Position numbers and translations under genes: made by a program
IMG/VR virus record: IMGVR_UViG_3300027874_000158
Coordinates: 1 to 24,521 of that record
From: a virus
Taxonomy: Duplodnaviria; Caudoviricetes
Reading direction: 5' to 3' (one strand)
Length of the DNA: 24,521 nucleotides
Shown: in pieces, positions 1-8,187 of the stretch
Layout: each line of letters opens with the position of its first letter
How positions within the stretch are numbered: the stretch's first letter is position 1
The notes under the pieces: generated by a model
What the model saw: only the letters and a program-made list of their open reading frames with translations
Databases searched by the model: none
What the model was told of the DNA's origin: nothing

Positions 1-253
1 CGGCAATGATCGAGCGGCCGAAGTGATAACCGGGCGTCGGCTGCGCCTGCACTTTGATGAACGATGAGCGCCCTGGAATGCGCGATAGATTGCGCCGCGT
101 GTTCTCACCCTCGATGACGATGTCCGGATAGACAACCTGCAGCGTGGTCCAGTCGCCGGCGCAATCTATCGCGCATTCCAGGGCGCTCATCGTTCATCAA
201 AGTGCAGGCGCAGCCGACGCCCGGTTATCACTTCGGCCGCTCGATCATTGCCG
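1..253. repeat. Perfect 97-bp inverted repeat (1-97 / 157-253) with 59-nt spacer; fold-back at the sequence start
   Basis: 1-97 is the exact reverse complement of 157-253. The reverse complement of 1-156 reads as the portal frame continuing upstream (DWTTLQVVYPDIVIEGENT-RRNLSRIPGRSSFIKVQAQ). Confidence 0.97.
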
Positions 254-1017
254 ATATCCAAATGTTGCAGGATTTGCTCAACAAAAGATTGAGAGATCTA
301 AAAGTCATGTGGGACAGAAACGTGAATGCTCCGCAGGTGCTGAGCGGCTTCACGTCAGTGACCGAGGAGATGTATTACAAAATCATTTCAGAAGGCGGGT
401 TCATCACCGATCCGAATCCAAATGCCAAAGCGCAGAAGCTCCTCGAGCCGCCGCCTGAGCACTACCTCGAGGAGTTAGAGTTCATCTGGAAAATGTTCGA
501 CGAAGCGAGCGGGTTTTCGCCGATCATGAGCGGGCAAGGCGAGCCCGGTGTGCGAGCTGGCGTTCACGCGCAGACTCTGGTGCGGACCTCCTCCCCCCGC
601 CTCATTGATCAGGCCGCTCGCATCGAGCGCCAGCTCGCCGACGCCGGCTACGTAGGCCTGCGCATCATGCAGGCGATGGATGCGTTCATCTACAAGAGCG
701 ACAACGGCCAGGAGTTCTTGCTCAGTCAGCTCCCTGAGAATTTTCAGGTCATGGTCGACAGCCACAGCGCGTCGCCGGCGTTCGCCGAGGACAACCGGCA
801 AGTCGCCATTGCGCTCGCCCGCGCCGGCGCGATCGACGCCGAGGACCTCGTGCACATGCTGCATCCGCCCGGTGCCGAGCTGATCATCAAACGGCTCAGG
901 GATCGCAAGAAGGAACAGGCCAAGGCCGCTCAGGAACAGGATCAGAAGGAACTGATCCGCGATGTGCTTCGGTTGCCAGCGCGTAAGGGCGGTGGCGGGG
1001 GACGTGCGCCGAAGTAA
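157..1017 (+). CDS. Phage portal protein, C-terminal part (5'-truncated)
   Basis: Open frame from 157 with portal-like segments (YHFGRSIIADIQMLQDLLN; DEASGFSPIMSGQGEPGVRAG) and a coiled-coil Q/K-rich C-terminus; lies upstream of scaffold and capsid. Confidence 0.8.
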   Translation, partial: RRNLSRIPGRSSFIKVQAQPTPGYHFGRSIIADIQMLQDLLNKRLRDLKVMWDRNVNAPQVLSGFTSVTEEMYYKIISEGGFITDPNPNAKAQKLLEPPPEHYLEELEFIWKMFDEASGFSPIMSGQGEPGVRAGVHAQTLVRTSSPRLIDQAARIERQLADAGYVGLRIMQAMDAFIYKSDNGQEFLLSQLPENFQVMVDSHSASPAFAEDNRQVAIALARAGAIDAEDLVHMLHPPGAELIIKRLRDRKKEQAKAAQEQDQKELIRDVLRLPARKGGGGGRAPK

Positions 1018-1029
1018 TACAGCCTCGTG

Positions 1030-1059
1030 TTGCATTGATGTACAATCTAGGGGTAGTTT
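1030..1059 (+). promoter_or_regulatory. Possible sigma70-like promoter after the portal gene
   Basis: TTGCAT-N18-TAGTTT in an AT-richer intergenic gap (1018-1087); TACAAT at 1041-1046 is an alternative -10. Confidence 0.3.
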
Positions 1060-1087
1060 ACGCGTCGCTCGTCCTCTTGGGACATCG

Positions 1088-1582
1088 ATGGCCGACGACC
1101 CCACCATGCCAGATCCCAGCGGGCCAGAAACTCCTTCTGGTCCTCCTGCTGGTGATCCAACTAACGCTGCTCCTCCTGGCGGCGGCCCAATGCTGGCCGC
1201 GCTGAGCCAGCAGCGAAACATGCCGCAGGTTTCCGCGCCGGGTCCGGGCAATCAGGCCGACGCGATGATGAAAGTGAAATCCGGCGTCGATCTGATTACG
1301 CAAGCGTTGCCGAGCCTGGGCGCAGGTACGCCGCTCTACAACGCCGCGCTCAAGGCGCTGCGCGATCTGAGCAAGCACCTCGCGCAGGGCGGCCCGACCG
1401 CCGGCGTGCAGCAGACGCAGTTGCAAGACCTGCTGCGCGGCACGCTGCAGCGCGCGCTGTTCGCGAAGATCATGGGTCAGCGCGCGGCGCAGGGTCAGGA
1501 GCAAAACCCGAATCAGCCTGCAGGTCCATCGCCGCAGATGGCGCAGGCTCCGATGCCTTCGATGGCACTGCCAGGGGCGTGA
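1088..1582 (+). CDS. Hypothetical head-module protein (Pro/Gln-rich termini, helical core), 164 aa
   Basis: ATG at 1088 within track ORF 962-1582; GC3-rich codons; position between portal and scaffold. Confidence 0.8.
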   Translation: MADDPTMPDPSGPETPSGPPAGDPTNAAPPGGGPMLAALSQQRNMPQVSAPGPGNQADAMMKVKSGVDLITQALPSLGAGTPLYNAALKALRDLSKHLAQGGPTAGVQQTQLQDLLRGTLQRALFAKIMGQRAAQGQEQNPNQPAGPSPQMAQAPMPSMALPGA

Positions 1583-1583
1583 G

Positions 1584-1883
1584 ATGGCTTACTTCGGCAG
1601 AGCCGGTCACGCCCTAAACCGCAGACAAAAATTTTGGCGAGCGGATCGGAAAATTCGACAAGACGCTGAGCGGGTCCGTCAGCAGTTCGTAGAGGAGAAT
1701 ACTTATGGCTCAGAATCGGTCCTACGATCCACCGATCACCGCGCCTCCAGAGACGCCACCGCGCACTGTGCTGCAGGTGGACACTCAGAGCGAAGTCTCC
1801 GAGTGGGGCGCGATCCCGAAGTGCGTGCCGAAACCGGAGGGCGGCGTCCCGTTGCAGCCGACGATCGTCGGCAAGAGCAATAG
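1584..1883 (+). CDS. Possible small basic protein overlapping the next gene
   Basis: ATG 1 nt after the upstream stop; fills an otherwise empty 120-nt gap; the last 179 nt overlap 1705-1890 out of frame. Confidence 0.4.
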   Translation: MAYFGRAGHALNRRQKFWRADRKIRQDAERVRQQFVEENTYGSESVLRSTDHRASRDATAHCAAGGHSERSLRVGRDPEVRAETGGRRPVAADDRRQEQ

Positions 1884-1890
1884 CGCTTGA
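1705..1890 (+). CDS. Hypothetical protein, 61 aa
   Basis: Strong SD (GAGGAG) before ATG; stop 2 nt before the scaffold ATG. Confidence 0.8.
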   Translation: MAQNRSYDPPITAPPETPPRTVLQVDTQSEVSEWGAIPKCVPKPEGGVPLQPTIVGKSNSA

Positions 1891-1892
1891 TC

Positions 1893-2435
1893 ATGCCGCG
1901 CGAAGTCACAGACGAGGAATACAATTTCCTCCAAGGTCGCCGACAGGTCGCAGACTTCGTCGAGTCGATCTACAACGACCCGACGCTCAATCAGGAAGCA
2001 AAGGCGCTCATCAAAAAGAAATATCCGAAGCTCCAGATTCCGGACTACGACATCGAGCAAAAAGTCACCAAGCGGCTCGATGACGAGAAGAAGGCGCGGG
2101 AGGACGCTGAGGCTGCTGTCAAGCGCGAGCAAGAGACAACGGCCTGGAAAGAGCGGCGCGCTGAGACGCAGAAATCTTTCGGCTTCACTGACGAGGCGAT
2201 GAAGAAGCTCGAAGACCTGATGCTGGAAAAGAACATCGGGGACTACGAAGCCGCCGCCGTCTATCTCGCCAGCAAAGAGCCGAAGGCGAGCGAGCCGACG
2301 TTCGACTCGACGCACTGGCATCACGACCGCCAAGAGGGCTTCAAGGAAATTGCTGCGGATCCTGAAGGCTGGGCTCGCAAAGAACTCCTTGCGGCTGTTC
2401 GTGCAGATGACGCAGCACGCAGAGGGCAGAGATGA
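1893..2435 (+). CDS. Putative capsid scaffolding protein
   Basis: 180 aa, charged and helical with a coiled coil (RLDDEKKAREDAEAAVKREQE); positioned just before the capsid gene. Confidence 0.7.
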   Translation: MPREVTDEEYNFLQGRRQVADFVESIYNDPTLNQEAKALIKKKYPKLQIPDYDIEQKVTKRLDDEKKAREDAEAAVKREQETTAWKERRAETQKSFGFTDEAMKKLEDLMLEKNIGDYEAAAVYLASKEPKASEPTFDSTHWHHDRQEGFKEIAADPEGWARKELLAAVRADDAARRGQR

Positions 2436-2863
2436 AGCCGACTACTACAGTCAAGCAGTGTATCCGATGCGGGAAAGAATACAGTGGGCCGCTGTGGCAC
2501 ATGAAGCGGCGCACGTACTGCTCGACCGACTGCGCAAATGCAGCAAACAATCCACCAAAGAACAAACTCAATGCTCGCGGCTGGAGCATCGACAAGCACG
2601 GTTATAGAATTTTAACGGAACGAAAGCCTGGAACGAATTACCAGCAACCAGAGCATCGCGCTGTGATGGAGCAGATGCTTGGACGCAAGCTCTTGCCGCA
2701 CGAAACCGTGCATCACAAGAACGGCGTTCGTCACGACAACCGACCTGAAAATCTAGAGCTGTGGACCGCCCGCCATGGCCGAGGGCAGCGAGTCTCGGAC
2801 CTCCCAGTCGAAGACATTTGGAGCGGGAATATTCCCCGCTACCTGATCGACTGTCCTCTGTAG
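2432..2863 (+). CDS. Free-standing HNH (homing) endonuclease with N-terminal Zn-binding motif
   Basis: EHRAVMEQMLGRKL...VHHKNGVRHDNRPENLELW is an HNH_3-type motif; CIRCG...YCSTDC at the N-terminus; ATGA coupling to the scaffold gene. Confidence 0.92.
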   Translation: MKPTTTVKQCIRCGKEYSGPLWHMKRRTYCSTDCANAANNPPKNKLNARGWSIDKHGYRILTERKPGTNYQQPEHRAVMEQMLGRKLLPHETVHHKNGVRHDNRPENLELWTARHGRGQRVSDLPVEDIWSGNIPRYLIDCPL

Positions 2864-2875
2864 GAGTAGGAATAT

Positions 2876-3892
2876 ATGCCTATCCTTGGGGCCGGAATCA
2901 TCCCGAGTGGGGCCGTCGGGCTAGAACTCGAAGCGACTATTCGCCGAGTCTTTGCTCAAATGGTGGTGATTTTAATTTACAAACAAAACCCGCTTCTCGC
3001 ATTGCTGTTGCGCAATGCAATCAGAGCAAGCGGCGGCGTGTCGCCCTATACGCAGCCAGTGCAGACGGGCGCGTACGTCACCTCGAGCTGGATGGGGCCT
3101 GCAGGTCAATTCAACATTCCTGCCGACGTTGCTGCGACGGTCAACGCCGAATGGAACATGTGTGCGCTGGCAACGCCGGTCACGTCTTTCGGCCTCGAGC
3201 AGCTAGTGACGCAGGATGCGATCGCTGTTGCCAGTCGCCTCATGTTGAAATTAAACGATCTAAAAAACAGCGCACTCGCATCGCTCGCGACAGCGCTGTT
3301 CGGCACAAACGGCGCAAACGTGCTGCAAATGTTCGGATTATTGGACGCGTACGACGATGGCACCGCCGTCGACGTGTTCGGTGGTCTGTCACGAACGACA
3401 TATCCGACGTGGAAAGGCCTCAAGGTCGCGACTGCTGGAGCAGTTCTGACGCGCGCAGCATTCATTCCGAAATTGCTGCAAGCAGCAAAGAACGCCGGCG
3501 GCGAGGCGATCGACTTCGTTGTAATGTCAGTGCAGGACTGGACAACGCTCCTAACAGACTTCCTCGCACTCGAGCGCTACAACAATGATCCTTCCATGCG
3601 ATGGGGCAAAGACGATCCAGTTAATTCTGGTTTCAGAGGATTGCTACTGGGTGATACGCCGATCTTCTTTGACCTCAATTGCCCAGTCGGCACAGCCTTC
3701 ATGTTCAACAGCAAATACATCAGCCTCGTTGTACATGAGGATGCAAACTTCGCTTGGACGGGATGGTACTCGACAATACCTCAAGGACAGATCGCATCGG
3801 TTGGTCTGACTCTCACCGCGTTAAATCTTGTCTGCAGCAAACCGTCGAGCGGCGCGATCCTCACCGGCATCACCGGAGGTCAGGCTTTCTAG
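2876..3892 (+). CDS. Major capsid protein (HK97-fold inferred)
   Basis: 338 aa, SD AGGAG/AGGA upstream; capsid-like segments (LATALFG, FGGLSRTTYPTWK, GFRGLLLGDTPIFFD..CP.GTAFMFNSKYI); synteny after portal and scaffold. Confidence 0.88.
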   Translation: MPILGAGIIPSGAVGLELEATIRRVFAQMVVILIYKQNPLLALLLRNAIRASGGVSPYTQPVQTGAYVTSSWMGPAGQFNIPADVAATVNAEWNMCALATPVTSFGLEQLVTQDAIAVASRLMLKLNDLKNSALASLATALFGTNGANVLQMFGLLDAYDDGTAVDVFGGLSRTTYPTWKGLKVATAGAVLTRAAFIPKLLQAAKNAGGEAIDFVVMSVQDWTTLLTDFLALERYNNDPSMRWGKDDPVNSGFRGLLLGDTPIFFDLNCPVGTAFMFNSKYISLVVHEDANFAWTGWYSTIPQGQIASVGLTLTALNLVCSKPSSGAILTGITGGQAF

Positions 3893-4213
3893 ATGACGCC
3901 GCGCTATTACACACCGAATGATCTCTGCTTTCTGCAGACGCGCGTCGCCTTGCCTGCACCGTGCCCGCATTATGTGATCCCGGGCTCGCACGCATACGAT
4001 CCGTTCTACGCGTGGCAGATCCCGCCATTTCCTTTCCCGCGTGCGCCCTGGCCGTTTGAGAGTGAGACTCGAGCTGCAGGGACAGGCCTGCTCACGAGTT
4101 TTATCGGTCAGCCCTGCACGCCGGGGACGTCGTTGCAGTCGTCTCTGCAGACGGCAGCGCAATCGTTTCAACGACCGCCGTGGGCGCAGCAGGCCTTAAC
4201 GCGAGGTCGCTGA
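3893..4213 (+). CDS. Hypothetical Pro/aromatic-rich virion-module protein, 106 aa
   Basis: ATG directly follows the capsid TAG in the same frame; TGATG coupling to the next gene. Confidence 0.7.
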   Translation: MTPRYYTPNDLCFLQTRVALPAPCPHYVIPGSHAYDPFYAWQIPPFPFPRAPWPFESETRAAGTGLLTSFIGQPCTPGTSLQSSLQTAAQSFQRPPWAQQALTRGR

Positions 4214-5010
4214 TGGGTGAGATCGAGCCCCAGACGGTGATCACTCCGACGCCGATGCCGACGACCAAGTCGTTGGTGCCGGCGGCCAGCTCGCCGATCG
4301 GCTTCCCCGCGCCGCCAGTAGATGCTGATTTCAACGTCGCTGCTGGCTCGGTCGCGACCGCGACCGGCACCTCGACTGGAACGACGAGCCTGACGCTCAC
4401 TGGCGTGTCGGGACAGATCGGCACCAACGACGTAATCACTGGCACTGGTGTTCCGGCAGGACTGAGGATTGTTAGCCAGCAGAGCGGCACTCCCAGCGGC
4501 AACGGCGTCTATACGACGAGCGCAGTGTCGACACTGGCCGGTGTTGCGCTGACGTTTACTGGATCGAAACCGATTGATCCTGCCGGCAACGCGCCGCCGA
4601 TCGTCGTCAACCCAGCGACCGTCATTCCTGGCGAACCGCTGAGCAAAACCGGCGTCGCCACCGGCACCGGCACATCTACCGGCACAACAAGCTTGACGGT
4701 CAGTAGTGTTACCGGCGCAATCGTAATCGGCTCGACCATCACCGGAGCGGGCGTGCCGGCCGGGACGACGGTCACCGCTGGTCCTGCAGGCGGTGGCGCT
4801 GGCACTTATACGACGAGCGTTGCGACCACGCTTACGGCGATTGCGCTGACGTTTACGCCCTTCCCCTACACGCTGGTACTGCCGACGTTCTCGTGGATGC
4901 CGCTCAAGGTCGGGGCCACATCAAAATTTAATCAATCGGCCTATCCGCCGTTCGGCACATCCGGCTTCCCGTGGAATCCCACGCCGCCGCCGGCGGCACC
5001 TGGGCCATAG
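4213..5010 (+). CDS. Thr/Gly-rich structural protein with two ~68-aa beta-rich repeats (decoration or fibre-like)
   Basis: ATG at 4213 (TGATG overlap); duplicated domain ATxTGTSTGTTSLT...ITGxGVPAG...GxYTTS...ALTFT. Confidence 0.7.
   Translation: MGEIEPQTVITPTPMPTTKSLVPAASSPIGFPAPPVDADFNVAAGSVATATGTSTGTTSLTLTGVSGQIGTNDVITGTGVPAGLRIVSQQSGTPSGNGVYTTSAVSTLAGVALTFTGSKPIDPAGNAPPIVVNPATVIPGEPLSKTGVATGTGTSTGTTSLTVSSVTGAIVIGSTITGAGVPAGTTVTAGPAGGGAGTYTTSVATTLTAIALTFTPFPYTLVLPTFSWMPLKVGATSKFNQSAYPPFGTSGFPWNPTPPPAAPGP
4354..4857 (+). repeat. Internal domain duplication (4354-4560 and 4657-4857)
   Basis: Protein-level repeat with diverged DNA; shared TTGCGCTGACGTTTAC and TATACGACGAGC blocks. Confidence 0.9.
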
Positions 5011-5019
5011 GAGGGCACC

Positions 5020-5247
5020 ATGCCCGACGAAACACTACCGACCGCAGAAGGCGAGCCGCGAATCAAGATTGCCGGCGAGAACACACAGTCGACCGGCCCG
5101 GTGAAGTATGCGGAAGGCCCGCCTCCTACTCCTGATCAGGAGCAACCGCCGCCTGAGCCGCTACCTCCACCAGAGCCTGAGGAGGAGGACCCGGAAGAAG
5201 ATGCTCCAGCAGTATCTCACCGACACAAGAGATCATCTAAACGATAG
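5020..5247 (+). CDS. Small acidic Pro-rich protein with a basic C-terminus, 75 aa
   Basis: SD AGGAGG before ATG 5020; overlaps the next gene by 47 nt. Confidence 0.7.
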   Translation: MPDETLPTAEGEPRIKIAGENTQSTGPVKYAEGPPPTPDQEQPPPEPLPPPEPEEEDPEEDAPAVSHRHKRSSKR

Positions 5248-5893
5248 CGGCGGGCAGTTCTTTGATGAGCCGACGCTTGTCCGCTACATCAATCGTTCGC
5301 GCCGGCGCATCTGCGCCGCGAGCGGTTGCTTGCGTATCGTGCCTGAAGGCACGGTGACGGTGAGAAACCAAGAGGTCTATCCGTTCTCGGCGTGGAATAG
5401 TCTGGTGCAGGACCAGCTCCCTGGCGCGCAGTCGATCCTCGCGTGTCGGTCGTTGGCGATTGCGATCGGCGTCGGCGGCTGGAAACCGATGTGGCGCAGG
5501 CTCGTGTGGTCGGATTTCCAGGCGAGGTTCAGAATATATAATTCAACGTTCTGGGGTGTAATCTCCGAACCGGGATGGTTCGCGCAATACGGATCTGGTC
5601 CGAATGCTGCGCTTTATCTCGCGCCCATTCCGTCGCAGCGCTGCCCGATGGAGGTCGATCTCACTTGCATTCCGGCCCCCTTGCTCACAGACAAAGACGT
5701 TGACCCGATTCCCTATCCTTGGACCGATGCGGTTTCGTACTGGGCCGCTGTGCTCTGCCTGCTGCAGCAGCAGCGCGGCCAGGACGCGCAGATGATGGCA
5801 ACGTTGTTCAATCAGGACATGCCGATCGCCGCCAGTGTGGTCTGCCCACAAATGATCCAGACCGCGTACGGTGCGGTGCTGCGCTCCGCATGA
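5201..5893 (+). CDS. Putative head-to-tail adaptor (tail tubular protein A-like)
   Basis: MLQQYLTDTRDHLND...LVRYINRSRRRI N-terminal helices, LYLAPIPS, and DPIPYPWTDAVSYWAA C-terminal pattern typical of adaptors; synteny. Confidence 0.72.
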   Translation: MLQQYLTDTRDHLNDSGGQFFDEPTLVRYINRSRRRICAASGCLRIVPEGTVTVRNQEVYPFSAWNSLVQDQLPGAQSILACRSLAIAIGVGGWKPMWRRLVWSDFQARFRIYNSTFWGVISEPGWFAQYGSGPNAALYLAPIPSQRCPMEVDLTCIPAPLLTDKDVDPIPYPWTDAVSYWAAVLCLLQQQRGQDAQMMATLFNQDMPIAASVVCPQMIQTAYGAVLRSA

Positions 5894-6291
5894 GATCTGT
5901 CCTTCGACTAACCCCGATGCAGCAGAAAATATGCCGACTCATCGCGCAGCGGCCTCGTCGGGCTGCAGATCTTTTATGGCTAATCTGGCAACTCCACCCG
6001 GCGGACGCGCCTGACATCTCCTGCATCAAGGCGCACATCTACGCGATCAACTGCAAGCTCTGCTATTGTGGCCTGCGCATCATAGCCAAGCGCGGCGAAC
6101 CGTATCGAATTTTCAGAGTGAGGCCACATGGCAATCCAAAGCTCAAACGCACCAGACATTTTGACCCTGGATCAGTGGAAGGGCCTCAACCAGCAAGCAC
6201 AGCGCGGATCGATCGACGATCAAGAAGAGTTCTGGAACGAGAACTTGTTCGCGATTGGACCGGGAAATTTGCGGACATGTTGGGGACGTAG
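5890..6291 (+). CDS. Stand-alone OmpR/PhoB-type winged-helix DNA-binding protein
   Basis: ATGA coupling at 5890. LTPMQQKICRLI...DLLWLIW...IKAHIYAINCKL...IIAKRGEPYRI matches the Trans_reg_C pattern (LTxxExxLL...VHIxxLRxKL...IxTxRGxGY). Confidence 0.68.
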   Translation: MRSVLRLTPMQQKICRLIAQRPRRAADLLWLIWQLHPADAPDISCIKAHIYAINCKLCYCGLRIIAKRGEPYRIFRVRPHGNPKLKRTRHFDPGSVEGPQPASTARIDRRSRRVLERELVRDWTGKFADMLGT

Positions 6292-7744
6292 CGAGCCGCT
6301 CTTTACCGTGCCAACCAGCGCGAAAATCGTGCGGATGTTTTTCGGATTTATCGGCAACGTGACGCCGCAATTCGGCGCACCGCCGCCGGGACGCTACTGC
6401 TGGGCGTTTACCGACGACGGACACATCTGGCAGGTCGACCTCGATATGGCCGGCGCGAATGACCTCGGCCAGATCTGGGAGCCGGTCGCGCCGCACTACT
6501 GGGCCAGCGCGGTAGTTTGGCGGCCACGGTTTTTTGGTTCTGTCGCCGGCCAGAACGGTGGTGTGCTGTTCGGTAGTCCACAGGGTCTGTATGCGTGGGA
6601 CGGTACGACGCTGACGTCGCCCGGACAGCCAGCACCCGATTGGCTAACCGACCTCGCCGAGACGGACCCAAGTGGGCCCATCCCACCAATGCCTGAAGGA
6701 CTCCCCGGCATCTACGCGATGGAGGTCTACCAGAGCAGATTATTCGTAGCAGGCAAAGACGTAATTTCCTTCAGCGCGCCATCGAACGGTGCCGATTTCA
6801 GCACCACCAACGGCGGCGGCTCGCTTGGCTATTTTGGCAACAAGCTCACCTACACGTACATGGATCTCGCGGCGAGCGCGGGTTATTTGTTTGTCTTCGG
6901 CGACAGCTCGACGGATCTTATCAGCGATATCCAGCTCACGGGCAACGGCTCCCCGGAGTCCCCATACACCACCAATTTCAATTATGCGAACCTCGATCCG
7001 CAGGTCGGACATCGCTTTCCCCGTCCAGTCGGTCGCGTCGGCCGCTATTTCGTCATGCTGAATGGAGCAGGCATTTTCGAGATGCAAGGAGGCGACGCGC
7101 GTGAAATCGGCGAGAAAACAACTAACGTCTACAACACGCTCGACACCAGTCAGTATTTACCAACGATGGCGACGGCGACCATGTTCGGTTTCCGCGTCTT
7201 GTTGGTGAATGGCCGCTTCACGGATCCTTGGGGCAAGACGCGCAATCTGCTCTTGATGTGGCACCCGGTGCGCGGCAACGCGTTTTGGTCAGTAGCATCT
7301 CAAGGACTCGAGCTGACTGCGATCGGCCATTACGAGCAAGATTCGATAATTACGCCGTACGGCACAGACGGCACGCACTTGTATCAGCTCTTCGCTAGAC
7401 CGGATGGCCTGCTGAAGAAAACTCTGGCGACCAAACAAATGCGCGGCACCGGACGCGCACAGCTCGTGGTCAAAAATTTCAAGCGTTTGTATCTCGAGGT
7501 AGCAAATAACACGCCCCACGCTGCCGTTAACATCACCGGCACGATCAGGAGCGGCGGCGGCGTACCGGGTGGCACCGAGGATATTGGCTTCCGGCTTCCC
7601 AACGGTGAGGATTTCGACATCATCCCGCAGCCTGTGTCTGGTAGTGGAATTTGGGCTCAGGCCGACCTTCAGTCGGCTTCACCTGACTTTACGATCGAGC
7701 GGTTGCACGTTGCCGCTGAAGAACGTACGCTGTTCGGTGCGTAG
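6128..7744 (+). CDS. Putative tail nozzle / DNA stabilisation protein (tail tubular protein B, P22 gp10-like role)
   Basis: 538 aa, beta-rich, WKGLN near the N-terminus, propeller-like blades (YQSRLFVAG...FSAP; GYLFVFG); follows the adaptor. Confidence 0.72.
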   Translation: MAIQSSNAPDILTLDQWKGLNQQAQRGSIDDQEEFWNENLFAIGPGNLRTCWGRSEPLFTVPTSAKIVRMFFGFIGNVTPQFGAPPPGRYCWAFTDDGHIWQVDLDMAGANDLGQIWEPVAPHYWASAVVWRPRFFGSVAGQNGGVLFGSPQGLYAWDGTTLTSPGQPAPDWLTDLAETDPSGPIPPMPEGLPGIYAMEVYQSRLFVAGKDVISFSAPSNGADFSTTNGGGSLGYFGNKLTYTYMDLAASAGYLFVFGDSSTDLISDIQLTGNGSPESPYTTNFNYANLDPQVGHRFPRPVGRVGRYFVMLNGAGIFEMQGGDAREIGEKTTNVYNTLDTSQYLPTMATATMFGFRVLLVNGRFTDPWGKTRNLLLMWHPVRGNAFWSVASQGLELTAIGHYEQDSIITPYGTDGTHLYQLFARPDGLLKKTLATKQMRGTGRAQLVVKNFKRLYLEVANNTPHAAVNITGTIRSGGGVPGGTEDIGFRLPNGEDFDIIPQPVSGSGIWAQADLQSASPDFTIERLHVAAEERTLFGA

Positions 7745-7786
7745 ACCGCCGCGCGTAAGAACCAACTCGCAAGAGGAGAAGAGCAG

Positions 7787-7837
7787 ATGGCACGACGTGG
7801 TCGTAGAGGCCGTCGCGGTCGTCGTGGGCGTCGGTAG
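7787..7837 (+). CDS. Protamine-like micropeptide 1, MARRGRRGRRGRRGRR (16 aa)
   Basis: SD GAGGAG at 7773-7778; RRG period kept despite varied synonymous codons (cga/cgt/aga/cgc/cgg; ggt/ggc/ggg). Confidence 0.85.
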   Translation: MARRGRRGRRGRRGRR

Positions 7838-7845
7838 ACGCTCAC

Positions 7846-7923
7846 ATGGCACGCAAAGGACGGAAAGCCGTAAGGCGGGGCGGTCACAAACGCTTCCCTA
7901 AACGGAGACGCTCGAAGAGGTGA
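7846..7923 (+). CDS. Basic micropeptide 2, MARKGRKAVRRGGHKRFPKRRRSKR (25 aa)
   Basis: ATG 8 nt after the previous stop; 14 K/R, no D/E. Confidence 0.8.
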   Translation: MARKGRKAVRRGGHKRFPKRRRSKR

Positions 7924-7924
7924 G

Positions 7925-8044
7925 ATGCCTCGCATCGGGCTTCGCAATACGCAAAATCTGCGCAGGCAGATGCGCGTCAAACCTTGGCGGTTGCCCAAGT
8001 GGCGACCGCGTCTTTACAGCTATCGCAAAGGGAGACGACTCTGA
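7925..8044 (+). CDS. Basic micropeptide 3, MPRIGLRNTQNLRRQMRVKPWRLPKWRPRLYSYRKGRRL (39 aa)
   Basis: GAGGTGA SD-like sequence; ATG 1 nt after the previous stop; 14 K/R, no D/E; TGATG coupling to the next ORF. Confidence 0.8.
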   Translation: MPRIGLRNTQNLRRQMRVKPWRLPKWRPRLYSYRKGRRL

Positions 8045-8184
8045 TGGCACGAGGTGCATATCTCGGCCCACGCTCCCGCGTAGATCCCGCTGGCAAGCTC
8101 GGTCGCCTGTACCGCCCTGCGACTCGCATCCGCCGCCATCGTGGTCACCGCCAGGGGGTCGGGCGAGGCAGACGACGGTATTAG
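8044..8184 (+). CDS. Basic micropeptide 4, MARGAYLGPRSRVDPAGKLGRLYRPATRIRRHRGHRQGVGRGRRRY (46 aa)
   Basis: TGATG overlap; SD GGGAG; 15 K/R, 1 D. Confidence 0.82.
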   Translation: MARGAYLGPRSRVDPAGKLGRLYRPATRIRRHRGHRQGVGRGRRRY

Positions 8185-8187
8185 TCG

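Noticed and set aside
1-253. Hairpin telomere, invertible element or transposon end
   Set aside because: The arms are portal coding sequence cut mid-gene, and no protelomerase, recombinase or transposase is in view; artefact is more parsimonious.
2432-2875. Group I intron or intein around the HNH gene
   Set aside because: Scaffold and capsid frames are each complete with their own start and stop, and there is no non-coding room for a ribozyme core.
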